The notes: generated by a model from the sequence alone, not told the origin. DNA of 64,000 nucleotides from Kiritimatiellia bacterium (GCA_050949565.1 JBMNFY010000008.1:256001-320000); one strand, 5' to 3'; numbered from the stretch's first letter, positions 7,647-17,902 are shown. Translations and numbers: made by a program.

Positions 7647-10116
7647 CCCATCCCAGAACAATTAGCGCGGCGCATATGCTGATGACCAGAGCGACCGGCT
7701 GCTTGGAAGTACGCAACACAACCTCGTGATCGCCAGCAGGGATGAGTGCGGCGGGCCAGATGCCATCAACGGTGTAGAGCTGCACGGGAGCGCCGTCCAC
7801 CAGAAGTTGCTGGCGGTCGCGAAGCCGCTCATCGAATACCAACAGGCCGGGAGCCTGTGCAGAAACCCGCACACGCGTCGCTAGCACTCCTGGCCGTCCG
7901 CGCGTGGTCAGCACCTCCACCTTCGCCGCACCGCCGGTCTGCCCCTCCACGCGCGGCGCATCAGAAACGGGCAGATCGGAAGTCGCCGCCGTCTCAGCAT
8001 GGCGCGCCACCGGTATGTCTCCCATCCACTCCGTAACAAAATAGGGTGCGACCACCGGCTGCACCACAGCCGCCAAGGTCAAGGTCTGTTCGCCGGGCTG
8101 TTGCACCGAGCGTACGGTCCCGGCCCCCAGTTCAAAATCCAGCAGCGGACGCAACACGCCGGCGCGGATCAGACCCTCGGCATTTTTGCGCGGCACAATC
8201 ACCGCCTGCGCATGCAGCCGCCGCCACAGCTTGAGCGCGTCCTTCTGCAGCGCGGTGAAAAGTTGGCCGTACGCGCCACTCATATCGTCTTGACTGGGCG
8301 CTAAATTGCGGATGCCGTTGAAGGCTAGCGAAGAACTGAACCATTCGTGCCCCGGCACATTCTGTGTGGCGTAGCTAACGACATTCGGCGTGCGATCACC
8401 GGCTTGCGACCTGAGCGCTTTTACCACCGCATTCTCGCGATAGAGTGGCCCCAACTCCATCGGCCGCACATAACGCCGGGCGACAGTCGCCTGATCAAGG
8501 CAGAGCAGTGCGATCAGGCACGCTGCCAGCACCCAAGGGGCGCGATCATCGCGGATGCGGTAGACCACAGCCCACAGGGCACCCGCGACCACCAGCGCCA
8601 GCCCTGCGGCACGGACGGTATTGCGCAGCGTGTAACCGCCTAGCGCATCGGCCACCTGCCCCAGTCCGAGGGCGGTGATGTGCCGAACAATCGCCGGACG
8701 GGCCGTCAGCGCCACCAACACGCCGAGCAGCAACACGCCAGCCATGCCGCACGCCAGCTTGACCAATCTGCGCCGCAACTTATCATCCTGTTCGCCGCGC
8801 AGAAACAGCTCCATGCCGAACCCCGCCAGAAACGCAGTGGCGATTTCTACCAGATGCAGGAACTTTACCGGCGCGCGGATGTAGTCCATATAGGGAAGCG
8901 CATAGAATAGGCGGTAAAGCGGCGTGTAGCGTCCCATCGCCAACAGCAGACAGACCAGCCAGACACCACACCAGAAGGGGACGTCGGAAAATTTAGGATT
9001 TAGGAAGGAGGATTTAGGAGTTGGGAGTTGGGAGTTGGGAGTTTTGTTTTCTGGGGAGGGACGAGCGTCTGCTCGTCCGGGACGGGAGAAAGCCGCGAAG
9101 ATCGCAAAGAGCAGCGGGATGAGACCAAGATAGACGGTATGTTGCCGGTAGTTGGGCATCATGCGGCCCTTTTGGAACAGGCTGTCGTGGGGGCGTCCAA
9201 GGCGCCCCCAGTAGGGATACGGCGGCTGCGCGGAGTCGTTGCCGAAGACACCGGGCACAAGGAACTCCAGAACGTCCTCGGGCGGCAGGCTCCAATTCGT
9301 CGCGAACAGCCAGCGTTCGCGCCGTTCGGCGGCACTTTTTTCGGGCATGTCTGCGGTACTCTCCTCGGACGACGACCGACCGCTTGCCCCGGCGATCTGC
9401 GCATCGCGGTTGGCAATCTGCGTGGTCACCGCCGACCGAACACCGGCAAAACCGGCCAGCACAAGTATGACGAGCGAGATCGCAAAACGCGGCCAGATGG
9501 TGAGGATTTTGGATTTTAGATTTTGGATTTTAGATTTGGAGAACGTCAGCCAGAGCACATAGGCGGCGGCCAGCGCACCGACAAGCAGCAAGACATCGGG
9601 CTGATACGACACGCCCCATGCGAGAACCAGTCCCAGCAAGGCAAACGGAGTCAATCGCCGTGTCGCGAATCCGCTGGCGATCAGGCCAAAGGCCCAGATC
9701 GCGCAAGAGAACATGTGAAAGTACCCGCGATGTCCAGCACTGAAAAGTGTGAAGGTGTAACCGCAGAAGCCGAGCGCCAAACCGCCGAACCATGCAGACA
9801 GCGGGTGCAGGCGTTGCGTGTGCAGATAGTAGACCGCGCCGAGTGTCAGCACCAAGGTGTCAATGATGTAGGTCAGTTCGTGTGCGTAAAGCGGGTGCAG
9901 AATCAACCAGTACAGGTTATGCGGTGAAAAAGTTCCGCCAGCCAACAGATTCTCAATGTGTGGCGTCCGCCACGGCCACGCGAAAAATGGCATCGAGTCC
10001 GGCGCGACCAGCCCGGCGTATTTGGGCAACACCGGAAGAAAGACGATCAACATGCCAATTGCAAAGATGCAAAGGCAATACAACGTGCAACGCCATTTTT
10101 GAACATAATCGGCCAT
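7615..10116 (-). CDS. YfhO-like polytopic membrane protein (GT-C-like) carrying in-frame repeat insertions
   Basis: Many TM segments; WSLPPEDVLEFLVPGVFG, YWGR, YLG, RAPVKF motifs; C-terminal IPAGDHEVVL. Confidence 0.7.
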   Translation of the reverse strand: MADYVQKWRCTLYCLCIFAIGMLIVFLPVLPKYAGLVAPDSMPFFAWPWRTPHIENLLAGGTFSPHNLYWLILHPLYAHELTYIIDTLVLTLGAVYYLHTQRLHPLSAWFGGLALGFCGYTFTLFSAGHRGYFHMFSCAIWAFGLIASGFATRRLTPFALLGLVLAWGVSYQPDVLLLVGALAAAYVLWLTFSKSKIQNLKSKILTIWPRFAISLVILVLAGFAGVRSAVTTQIANRDAQIAGASGRSSSEESTADMPEKSAAERRERWLFATNWSLPPEDVLEFLVPGVFGNDSAQPPYPYWGRLGRPHDSLFQKGRMMPNYRQHTVYLGLIPLLFAIFAAFSRPGRADARPSPENKTPNSQLPTPKSSFLNPKFSDVPFWCGVWLVCLLLAMGRYTPLYRLFYALPYMDYIRAPVKFLHLVEIATAFLAGFGMELFLRGEQDDKLRRRLVKLACGMAGVLLLGVLVALTARPAIVRHITALGLGQVADALGGYTLRNTVRAAGLALVVAGALWAVVYRIRDDRAPWVLAACLIALLCLDQATVARRYVRPMELGPLYRENAVVKALRSQAGDRTPNVVSYATQNVPGHEWFSSSLAFNGIRNLAPSQDDMSGAYGQLFTALQKDALKLWRRLHAQAVIVPRKNAEGLIRAGVLRPLLDFELGAGTVRSVQQPGEQTLTLAAVVQPVVAPYFVTEWMGDIPVARHAETAATSDLPVSDAPRVEGQTGGAAKVEVLTTRGRPGVLATRVRVSAQAPGLLVFDERLRDRQQLLVDGAPVQLYTVDGIWPAALIPAGDHEVVLRTSKQPVALVISICAALIVLGWASSVRRRPVG
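8990..9082. repeat. Heptamer array plus REP-A hairpin inside the YfhO-like CDS
   Basis: ttaggat/ttgggag repeats followed by gggagggacgagcgtctgctcgtcc. Confidence 0.85.
9504..9540. repeat. GGATTTT/AGATTTT heptamer array inside the YfhO-like CDS
   Basis: ggattttggattttagattttggattttagatttgga. Confidence 0.85.
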
Positions 10117-10123
10117 CTTCAAC

Positions 10124-10340
10124 CTTTGGTTTCTGGTTTCAGGGTTTCGGGGGTTCAGGTTTCATCCTAATCTGGATCGTTTGTTGCGACCACGCAGTGG
10201 CTCGCAACGACGAGGGTAAAAGCGGCGGCGTGACCGCCGCCGGACGAGCAGACGCTCGTCCCTCCCGTCTTTTGACTGGGCTCGCAAGGCGCTTCACACG
10301 TCAAAACTCCTAAATCCTAAATCCCAAATCCTAAATTCAA
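10124..10340. repeat. Intergenic repeat mosaic (GGTTTCA octamers, REP-D, GGCGGCGTGACCGCCGCC hairpin, REP-A, AAATCCT heptamers)
   Basis: Each module recurs elsewhere in the window (e.g. 17932, 22435, 18092, 16038). Confidence 0.85.
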
Positions 10341-10378
10341 AATGCGTCTGCCCCACCGTCGCGTCTTTTGCCAGACGA

Positions 10379-11216
10379 TCAATCAATCTCTCCGCTCATA
10401 TCGAGCTCGTCCAGCTCGACTTCGCCAGTGTAGACGAATTTGACCGGTCCGGAGAGCGTAAGGCCAGTACATTTGTTGTGCCGCCAGTCGCCGTCGATGA
10501 TCAAATCACAGCCGGACGGCATTTTGACCTGAGTCGGCAACGTGAAGCCGGCGGTCTCGACCGCCACCACCGCGCAAGCGACCGCGCCGGTACCGCAGGC
10601 ACCGGATTCGGCCTCGACCCCGCGCTCGTAGGTACGCATCGTCATGCGGTTGGGCGCACGGAACGTCACGAAGTCCACGTTGGTGCCGTCCGGCGCAAAT
10701 GCGGGATGGAGGCGCAACGCCCGGCCCAACCCCTGCACATCGACCGTGCTGACATTCGGCACCTGCACCACAAAGTGCGGCACCCCCATTACCAGAAAGT
10801 CGCCGCGTACCGTTTCCTCGCCGACCTTCAGTTCCAATCCATAATTCTTTTTGACGGGTTCCGGCATCCAGACACACGCGCCTTTGTCATTCAACTGCGC
10901 GTCCACCAGCCCGCACATCGTCTCCATGGTCAGCGCAGTGCCGCTGGCACCGATCCGGTTGGCAAAGGCCGCCGCGCAGCGCGCGCCGTTACCGCACATC
11001 TCCACTTCCGTCCCGTCCGGATTCAGAAAGCGCATGCGGAAATCTGCCTTGTCCGAGTGCTGGACCAGAGATGACCCCCTCACACCCGATTCCGGTGCGG
11101 CGGCTGGCCAGCGCAGCCATCAGCAAGTGATCCTCCCACGGCACATGCCCATCGCGGTCGTCTATCAGGACAAAGTCGTTGCCCGCACCGTGCATTTTCG
11201 TAAATTTCAGCTTCAT
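10379..11216 (-). pseudogene. dapF: Diaminopimelate epimerase, interrupted by a +1 frameshift near 11069-11070 (pseudogene or sequence error)
   Basis: The N-terminus MKLKFTKMHGAGNDF...GIGCEGVI is in one frame; LVQH...EMCGNGARC, GVPH and TYERGVEAESGACGTGA are in another. RBS GGAGGAG. Confidence 0.9.
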
Positions 11217-11274
11217 CTTTTTACTCCTCCCTGCCCAAACAACCAACGCGAGCAGTTCCCGCAACCCAACTCAA

Positions 11275-11582
11275 TCTCACACAAAGGCCACGAAGGCCAC
11301 AAAGTTTTCCGTCTTTGTGCGCCACCCAGATGCCGCTCCTCCAACTCTTGTCATCGGGCTTGCGAAGCGCAGGGAGGGGCAAGCGTCTGCTTGCCCGCGG
11401 ACGAGCGACGCTCGTCCCTCCCGATGCTCTGCGAGAAAACCCGAAACCTATTCCTAACCATAAAACACATGAAACTTCATGAAAACCAGAGCCCCTCTTG
11501 ACGTTCTCGGCGCCTTGGCGGTTCCAAAAATCCGAGCAGTGCCAAAACAAACTAATGCACTAATGAACTCATGCACTAACGA
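11275..11582. repeat. Intergenic repeat mosaic (nonamer arrays, inverted REP-A doublet, ACTAATG octamers)
   Basis: cacaaaggccacgaaggccacaaag; gggaggggcaagcgtctgcttgcccgcggacgagcgacgctcgtccctccc; actaatgcactaatgaactcatgcactaa. Confidence 0.85.
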
Positions 11583-13741
11583 ATATCCTGTCCAAAGATG
11601 CGCATCATGCGCGTACGCAGATCGCCCTCCGTCTCCATCGGAATATCGGCTCCGCCCGTCAGCGTCACGAGATCGGACAGAATGTTGAGCGCTTCATCGA
11701 GCACCACATCATCTTCCTTACCCTCTTTCGAGGCGTCCTGTACATCGTCCTGCAACTTACGCATTTCGTTTTCAGCTTTCATGAGCTTGCGGCGAGCGTT
11801 GATCTCCAGCGGAACTTCTTTCCGCTCATTGACCTCCTGCACATGCCGGACCAGCGTGCAGTAGCGCACGTAGCGGGCATTGTCCGCCAAGCGCTTGGCG
11901 GACTGCTCTTTCAACTGCGGCACGAACTTCGAGACATCGGCGACGGGGATGTAAAGCGCCTGTTCAATCTGGGTCCACGGCAACGAACCCGGCAGTTTGT
12001 CTTCGCCGATGTCGAGTCCGTCCAATGTCGAGGGAATCACGATGTCCGCGCCCACGCCCTTACGCTGCGTGGAAGCGCCGTTGATGCGGTAGAAACTCGC
12101 GGTCGTCACCTTCATCGAACCGAACTTCTCCGATCCGAGCGGCATCACAGTCTGCACCGTGCCTTTGCCGTGCGACTGCGTATCGCCCACCAGCACAGCG
12201 CGTCCGTAGTCCTGCAACGCGCCGGCCACGATTTCTGAGGCCGAAGCCGAGGCACGGTTGATCAGCACGAGCATCGGCTTGCGGAAGGCCATCGCCGGAT
12301 CCATGTTGGGCACCGGCAGCACGACGATCTGTCGCGCCTCACGCACCTGCACGACCGGTCCGCTGCGCACAAACAGGCCGGTCAGGCTGACCGCCTCGCG
12401 CAACGAACCGCCGCCGTTATCGCGCAGATCAAGAATCAGCCCCGAAACATTCTCGCTGTTGAACGCGGCCAGCCGCTTGGCCACGTCGACAGTCGCACTG
12501 CGGAAGCCGGGCTGATTCGGGCGCTTGTCCATGGTGCCGTAAAAGGTCGGCAGCTTGACGACGCCCAGCTTGCGCACGGTGCCATCCGGCAACGTCACGC
12601 GCGCCACATGGCCGGTTGCGGCCTGCTCTTCCAACTTGACCTCGTCGCGGATAAGATCGACGATCTTGGTCGAGGTGCCGGAAGGGTCGGAGGCCGGGAT
12701 CACGCTCAACACCACCTTGGTGCCCTTCTCACCGCGGATTTTACGCACCGCTTTATTGAGCGGCAAGTGGACGATGTCCTCGATGGCGCCATCGCCCTGC
12801 CCCACGCCGATAATCTTGTCACCCTTGGTCAGCCGGATGGCGCGTTTATCGCGATCGGCGGGACCGCCCGGGATCACCTCCATGATCATCGCAGTTCCGT
12901 CCTCTGAGCGGAGCTGCGCACCGATACCGCAGAGCGAGAGGTTCATGTCGATGTCGAAATCCTCTTTGCGCATCGGCGACATGTAGTCGGAGTGGGGATC
13001 GTACGCCATCGCCACGGCACTGAGGTAGCGTTGCAAAATCGCCTCTTCATCCATGTCCTGAATGACGATCATGAACTGCTTATAGCGTTTGGCGACATTC
13101 TCCTGCGGCGTCAACACAGGCGGCGTGTTGGTCACCGTGCCGCCTGTCGCGGCATCGGGCGTGTCATTCGTCACGGCAGCAGCGGTGTTGGTTACTGCGG
13201 CGCGATCCAGTTCGCGGCTGATAAGCTGCGCCAGCACTTCGTTTTTGATGCGCTTGCGCCACAACTCATCCTGTTCCTCCTGTGTCGCCGGCCAAGGCGC
13301 GTCCTTACGTTTCCAGGTGTACGTCTCGTCTTCGGTGAACGTAAAACCGGTTTCAAGCAGGTTGGTCACATAGGCATAACGGTCTTCAAGCCGCGCGCGG
13401 AACACGCGGTAGACCTCAAACGGAAACGAGACATCCCCCGCCTTAACGGCATCGTCGATGCGCGTCTGCATGTTTGTGAACGCGGCGATATCGCTCTGTA
13501 AAAAGTAGCTACGGTCGAAATCGAACGCGGTGATCAGATTGGTCCACGCCTTTTGCGAAATCTCGTCGCCCAGCGGATATTGCAACAGGTGCGCAGCCGG
13601 CAACACGCGCGCCACCTTCTGCGCCACATCACCATAATGAGGTTGCGGCACCGGCTGCCCGTTGCCCCTGTCCGCCGCCCATATGGCGATCATCGGCGCG
13701 AGCGCCACCATCAAAAACATCCCTGCTCGCCGATTCATCAT
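11576..13741 (-). CDS. prc: Carboxy-terminal processing (tail-specific) protease, S41A
   Basis: Signal peptide, DPHSDYMSP, PDZ domain GIGAQL, LDLRDNGGGSL, SASASEIVAGALQDYGRA, GKGTVQ. Confidence 0.92.
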   Translation of the reverse strand: MMNRRAGMFLMVALAPMIAIWAADRGNGQPVPQPHYGDVAQKVARVLPAAHLLQYPLGDEISQKAWTNLITAFDFDRSYFLQSDIAAFTNMQTRIDDAVKAGDVSFPFEVYRVFRARLEDRYAYVTNLLETGFTFTEDETYTWKRKDAPWPATQEEQDELWRKRIKNEVLAQLISRELDRAAVTNTAAAVTNDTPDAATGGTVTNTPPVLTPQENVAKRYKQFMIVIQDMDEEAILQRYLSAVAMAYDPHSDYMSPMRKEDFDIDMNLSLCGIGAQLRSEDGTAMIMEVIPGGPADRDKRAIRLTKGDKIIGVGQGDGAIEDIVHLPLNKAVRKIRGEKGTKVVLSVIPASDPSGTSTKIVDLIRDEVKLEEQAATGHVARVTLPDGTVRKLGVVKLPTFYGTMDKRPNQPGFRSATVDVAKRLAAFNSENVSGLILDLRDNGGGSLREAVSLTGLFVRSGPVVQVREARQIVVLPVPNMDPAMAFRKPMLVLINRASASASEIVAGALQDYGRAVLVGDTQSHGKGTVQTVMPLGSEKFGSMKVTTASFYRINGASTQRKGVGADIVIPSTLDGLDIGEDKLPGSLPWTQIEQALYIPVADVSKFVPQLKEQSAKRLADNARYVRYCTLVRHVQEVNERKEVPLEINARRKLMKAENEMRKLQDDVQDASKEGKEDDVVLDEALNILSDLVTLTGGADIPMETEGDLRTRMMRIFGQDIR

Positions 13742-14445
13742 GAGTCTTTCTGCTCCATCACCTTAACGATCCGTTCACATTCATCCGCCGTCAAATGACC
13801 CGCATGCGTCACCAGCAACGAGTGAAGCTCCGACGCATTGCAAACCACCGCATTGTCCACCATCAACTGGTCCGGTTCAAAGGTGTCGCTTGCAAAGCAG
13901 ACCACCGGCGTACAAGGCGGCGCACTCCCCAGCCGCTCGCTCAGGAAGCGTGTCAGCGCCTGGGCTGAGCTACGCGCCTGCCGCAACGGTGGGCGGCTCG
14001 GCTCGACACCGTTCACCCGTAAACCAGAATCCTCATACGTGACACGTCCGGACCAGCACTTGGTCTCGACGGCAAAAAGTCCGTTCGGCCCGACCACCAC
14101 ATGATCGATGGCGCCTGGAGCGCCGCAGTCAAAGTCATGAAAGACATGGTAGCCGCGCGGCAACGCGGCCAGCAGCACTGCCACGCTCTCCTCGCCACGT
14201 GCACCCTTGAAAAACGCATTGACGCCTCGGAGACCGTCGCGCACCGCCCAGACCAGAAACGCCGCCGCCGCCAAAAAACCGGTGCCCGCCACACCCAGCG
14301 TCACCTGCGGCAGCGCCGCCCCCGCAAAGAGACCACACGCGAATAACGCCGCCAACAAGGGCCAGAGCGCGCGCACCACACCCGTCGCGCGCGCCCGCTC
14401 ACCCGGCACACCGTGGATCTCCGCTTTTTGAGTTCCATTCATCAC
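13738..14445 (-). CDS. Membrane-anchored NERD (nuclease-related) domain protein
   Basis: Two N-terminal TM helices; GARGEE...IDHVVVGPNGLFAVETK; ATGA overlap with prc. Confidence 0.85.
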   Translation of the reverse strand: MMNGTQKAEIHGVPGERARATGVVRALWPLLAALFACGLFAGAALPQVTLGVAGTGFLAAAAFLVWAVRDGLRGVNAFFKGARGEESVAVLLAALPRGYHVFHDFDCGAPGAIDHVVVGPNGLFAVETKCWSGRVTYEDSGLRVNGVEPSRPPLRQARSSAQALTRFLSERLGSAPPCTPVVCFASDTFEPDQLMVDNAVVCNASELHSLLVTHAGHLTADECERIVKVMEQKDS

Positions 14446-14530
14446 ACGGCTTCTGATTTTCGCTTATTCCCGCGCCAGATGCAACCCTGATGTTTTCACG
14501 GTGCGGTTCAACTTTGTTGAAAACGCACCT

Positions 14531-14562
14531 GAAGGAGAAGTTAGGATTTAGGATTTAGGAGT
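14531..14562. repeat. Left arm of the inverted heptamer array flanking the IS
   Basis: GAAGGAGAAGTTAGGATTTAGGATTTAGGAGT matches the reverse complement of 16038-16069 at 29/32. Confidence 0.85.
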
Positions 14563-14569
14563 GTTCTTG

Positions 14570-16026
14570 CACGGTCCGTCAAATAGAAAAGACACCGTAG
14601 GTTTTTTTGAGGCGGTGACGATCCGTCAAATACTGGACACCGAGGGGGTCAAGGGACGAGGGGCTGGTCAACGGCGTGAAGGGTGGCCGAGTTCCGCGCC
14701 CTGTCCCGCCGGTATTCCGGCGGGACAGGGCGCGGAACCCGGGGTGGTCATCCCTTGCGCTTCGCGTTTGGCGAGCTTGTTCTGCTTGCGCAGGATCAGC
14801 GCGTATCGGCGGCGGATGTCCTCAAGGAGGCGGATCGGATTGGTCTTTTCGCGGAGCGCGGTAAGACGCCGGATCACGGCGGGGTCCGCGTATCCCGACG
14901 CAATCACCCTGTCGAGGGGCGTGGCGGGCTTGTCGTAACGCTTGGAGAAGCCGTGCGAGTCCGGCCTTTTGGTTTTGGAGATGAGCCGCTTGCAGGGGCG
15001 GAAGAGGTTGTTGTACAGCGATATCTTCGCGCACAGGACGTCCATGTCCTTCTTGAGCTCGATGCGGTCGATGCGCTCGTAGCCGAAATACTCGCGGACG
15101 ACGGAGGCGTTCTTCTGCTCCACGCGGGCGTTGTCGTTCTTGTTCCCGGGGCGGGAACGGGTGAAGGCGAGGGGGCGGGGGCGGTCCCGCGCGTAGCCGA
15201 GCACGTGGGCGTTGAGGAACTCCAGCCCGCTGTCCGAGTGCATGGCCGTGAGCGGGAACGGGAACGCGGCCTCGGCGTCGGCGAGGCCTTCCTTGGTCGC
15301 GGCCGCGCCGCGGTTCCAGACGCAGCGCAGCTCCGTCCACTGCGTCAGGCGGTCCGTGAGCGTGAGGATCCAGAAGAAGTTGCCGCTCATGTCGCCCCCG
15401 CAGAGCGCGACCGTGTCGACCTGCGTGTCGCCGGGGGCGGCGGGCGGCAGCGCCTCGCCCGGGACGCAGGGGACGCTCGACGCCAGCGCGTTCGCCCCGC
15501 TGCGGCGGTTGCGGCGGCGCGGGGCCTCGCGCGGGTGCTTGCGGAGGATGCGCTCCATCGTCGACGCGCTCATGCGCAGAACCTGCGCCGCGGCCGCCTC
15601 GTCGACATGCTCGAGCTCGCGCAGCGCGGCCATCTGGCGGCCCGTCACGGTCACAAGGTACTGGGGCGTCATGCGTCCCGAGGCGCGCCAGAGACGCAGG
15701 AACAGGGCTTCCGCCCCGGGCGTGTACGTCTTCCCGCGCCCGGCGTGATCGCGGTACTTCCGGTTGCCGGTCAGCAGCCGGATGGCGTATTTGCGCTCGG
15801 CCCCCGTGACCTGGCAGAAGTCGTCGATCGCGGCACTCTTGGCCTTCTTGCTCTTCAGTTTTGAATAGGCGCGACGCTTCGCGCCGACGTATTCCATCGT
15901 GGCTTTCCGTGACATCTCGTTTCTCATGCGAGCCGATTCTAGCACGGTGTCCAGTATTTGACGGATGCGCTTGATTTCCGGACACCGCGATTTTGGCTAC
16001 GGTGTCCATGACTATGACATACCGCG
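14570..16026 (-). mobile_element. Complete 1457-bp insertion sequence (DDE/rve transposase; ISNCY, possibly ISLbi1-like)
   Basis: 5-bp direct repeat TCTTG at 14565-14569 and 16027-16031. Imperfect ~30-bp terminal IRs C(A/G)CGGT..GTCA...GACACCGTAG. Perfect inner 22-bp IR ATCCGTCAAATACTGGACACCG at 14621-14642 and 15945-15966. The family assignment is from memory. Confidence 0.9.
14668..15927 (-). CDS. DDE-type integrase/transposase
   Basis: N-terminal HTH (IDDFCQVTGAERKYAIRLL); VDTVALCG, HSDSGLEF, RSRPGNKNDNARVEQKN catalytic core. Confidence 0.92.
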   Translation of the reverse strand: MRNEMSRKATMEYVGAKRRAYSKLKSKKAKSAAIDDFCQVTGAERKYAIRLLTGNRKYRDHAGRGKTYTPGAEALFLRLWRASGRMTPQYLVTVTGRQMAALRELEHVDEAAAAQVLRMSASTMERILRKHPREAPRRRNRRSGANALASSVPCVPGEALPPAAPGDTQVDTVALCGGDMSGNFFWILTLTDRLTQWTELRCVWNRGAAATKEGLADAEAAFPFPLTAMHSDSGLEFLNAHVLGYARDRPRPLAFTRSRPGNKNDNARVEQKNASVVREYFGYERIDRIELKKDMDVLCAKISLYNNLFRPCKRLISKTKRPDSHGFSKRYDKPATPLDRVIASGYADPAVIRRLTALREKTNPIRLLEDIRRRYALILRKQNKLAKREAQGMTTPGSAPCPAGIPAGQGAELGHPSRR

Positions 16027-16037
16027 TCTTGTCCTCA

Positions 16038-16069
16038 ACTCCTAAATCCTAATTCCTAAATCCTCCTTC
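16038..16069. repeat. Right arm of the inverted heptamer array flanking the IS
   Basis: ACTCCTAAATCCTAATTCCTAAATCCTCCTTC. Confidence 0.85.
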
Positions 16070-16111
16070 TTTTGGTAAAGTAACACCCGTTTTTTTTCGA
16101 GGATAAAGATT

Positions 16112-17902
16112 ATGCACCCTTACCGTACGCACACTTGCAACCAACTCCGGGCTTCCGACGCGGGCACCACCGCCAAACTCTCTGGCTGGATCTTCCGCGT
16201 CCGCGACCACGGCGGCATCCTGTTCATCGACCTTCGCGACCACTATGGCATCACTCAGGTCGTGATTCATCCCAGCCGCTCCTTTTTCGAAACGCTGAGC
16301 CGGGCTAGACTTGAGACCATCATCACGGTCACCGGTGAAGTCACGCCGCGCGATGCCTCGACCATCAACCCGGATATCCCGACCGGCGAGGTCGAGCTCG
16401 TGGCGAACGACTGTATCGTGGAGTCGGCTGCAGAGGCGACCCCGCTCTATCTGCCGGGCGATGAGGACGGCCCAGAGGACCTGCGCCTCAAATACCGCTT
16501 CTTGGACCTGCGCCGCCAGCGCATCCACACCAACATCTTGCTGCGGTCGCAGATCATCTCTTTCCTACGGAAAGCGATGGAAGCGCACGGTTTCAATGAG
16601 TACCAGACCCCGATCCTGACATGTAGCTCGCCCGAAGGCGCGCGCGATTATCTGGTGCCGAGCCGCATACACCACGGCAAGTTCTATGCGTTGCCGCAGG
16701 CCCCGCAGCTCTTCAAGCAGTTGCTGATGGTCGCGGGCTTTGACCGTTATTTCCAGATCGCGCCGTGTTTCCGCGACGAAGATGCGCGCGCCGACCGTTC
16801 GCCGGGCGAGTTTTATCAGCTCGATATCGAGATGTCGTTCGTCACACAGGATGATGTTTTTGCCGTTGTCGAGGATGTGCTTTACAAGACCTTCACACAC
16901 TTCTCGCAAAAGGCGGTGGACACCACGCCGTGGATACGCATCCCCTACCGCGAGGCGATGCTCAAATACGGCAGCGACAAGCCGGATCTGCGTATCCCGA
17001 TCGAGATGTTCGACTGCTCGGAACTTTTCAAGGGCTCGGGCTTTAACGCCTTTGCCGGAGCAGTTAAGGCGGGCGCGGCCGTGCGCGCGATTCCGGTCAA
17101 GGGCATCAAGGACAAACCGCGCAGCTTTTTCGACAAGCTGGTGGAATACGCCAAAACGCTGGGATCAAAGGGGCTCGCCTACCTGATCTGGGACGGCGAT
17201 GCGGTCAAGGGGCCGATCCAAAAGTTCCTGACGCCGGACGAGTTGGCTGAACTGGCGCGGATGGGCGGCATGCAGGATGGTGACGTGCTCTTCTTCCTGT
17301 GCGACGAGCCGGACAAGGCGGCCAGGATGGGTGGCGACATCCGCAACAAGCTCGGACACGATCTCGATCTGATCGAGAAAGATGTCTTCCGTTTTTGCTG
17401 GATCGTGGACTTCCCGATGTTCGAAAAAGACCCCGAAACTGGCGAGATCGGCTTCTCGCACAATCCGTTCTCCATGCCGCAGGGCGGCATGGATGCCCTG
17501 CTGAACAAGCATCCGCTTGAGATTCTCGCCTTCCAGTACGACGTGGTCTGCAACGGCATCGAACTCTCCAGCGGCGCCATCCGTAACCACCAGCCCGAGA
17601 TCATGTACAAGGCGTTTGAGATCGCGGGTTACGACCCGTCGGTGGTGGAGGAAAAATTCTCCTGCCTGCTCAATGCCTTCAAGTACGGCGCACCGCCGCA
17701 CGGCGGCATCGCACCGGGCGTCGACCGCATGGTCATGTTGTTGGCCGACGAAGACAACATCCGCGAGGTGATCGCCTTCCCGATGAATCAGAAGGCGCAA
17801 GACCTGATGATGAACGCGCCTTCAGAGGTCACCGAGAAGCAACTGCGCGAGCTGCACATCAAAGTGCGCGGACACAATGTGGCGCAGCCTGGTTTAACCT
17901 AA
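16112..17902 (+). CDS. aspS: Aspartate--tRNA ligase
   Basis: YRTHTC, RDHGG (His, non-discriminating type), [38 protein letters not shown]. Confidence 0.97.
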   Translation: MHPYRTHTCNQLRASDAGTTAKLSGWIFRVRDHGGILFIDLRDHYGITQVVIHPSRSFFETLSRARLETIITVTGEVTPRDASTINPDIPTGEVELVANDCIVESAAEATPLYLPGDEDGPEDLRLKYRFLDLRRQRIHTNILLRSQIISFLRKAMEAHGFNEYQTPILTCSSPEGARDYLVPSRIHHGKFYALPQAPQLFKQLLMVAGFDRYFQIAPCFRDEDARADRSPGEFYQLDIEMSFVTQDDVFAVVEDVLYKTFTHFSQKAVDTTPWIRIPYREAMLKYGSDKPDLRIPIEMFDCSELFKGSGFNAFAGAVKAGAAVRAIPVKGIKDKPRSFFDKLVEYAKTLGSKGLAYLIWDGDAVKGPIQKFLTPDELAELARMGGMQDGDVLFFLCDEPDKAARMGGDIRNKLGHDLDLIEKDVFRFCWIVDFPMFEKDPETGEIGFSHNPFSMPQGGMDALLNKHPLEILAFQYDVVCNGIELSSGAIRNHQPEIMYKAFEIAGYDPSVVEEKFSCLLNAFKYGAPPHGGIAPGVDRMVMLLADEDNIREVIAFPMNQKAQDLMMNAPSEVTEKQLRELHIKVRGHNVAQPGLT

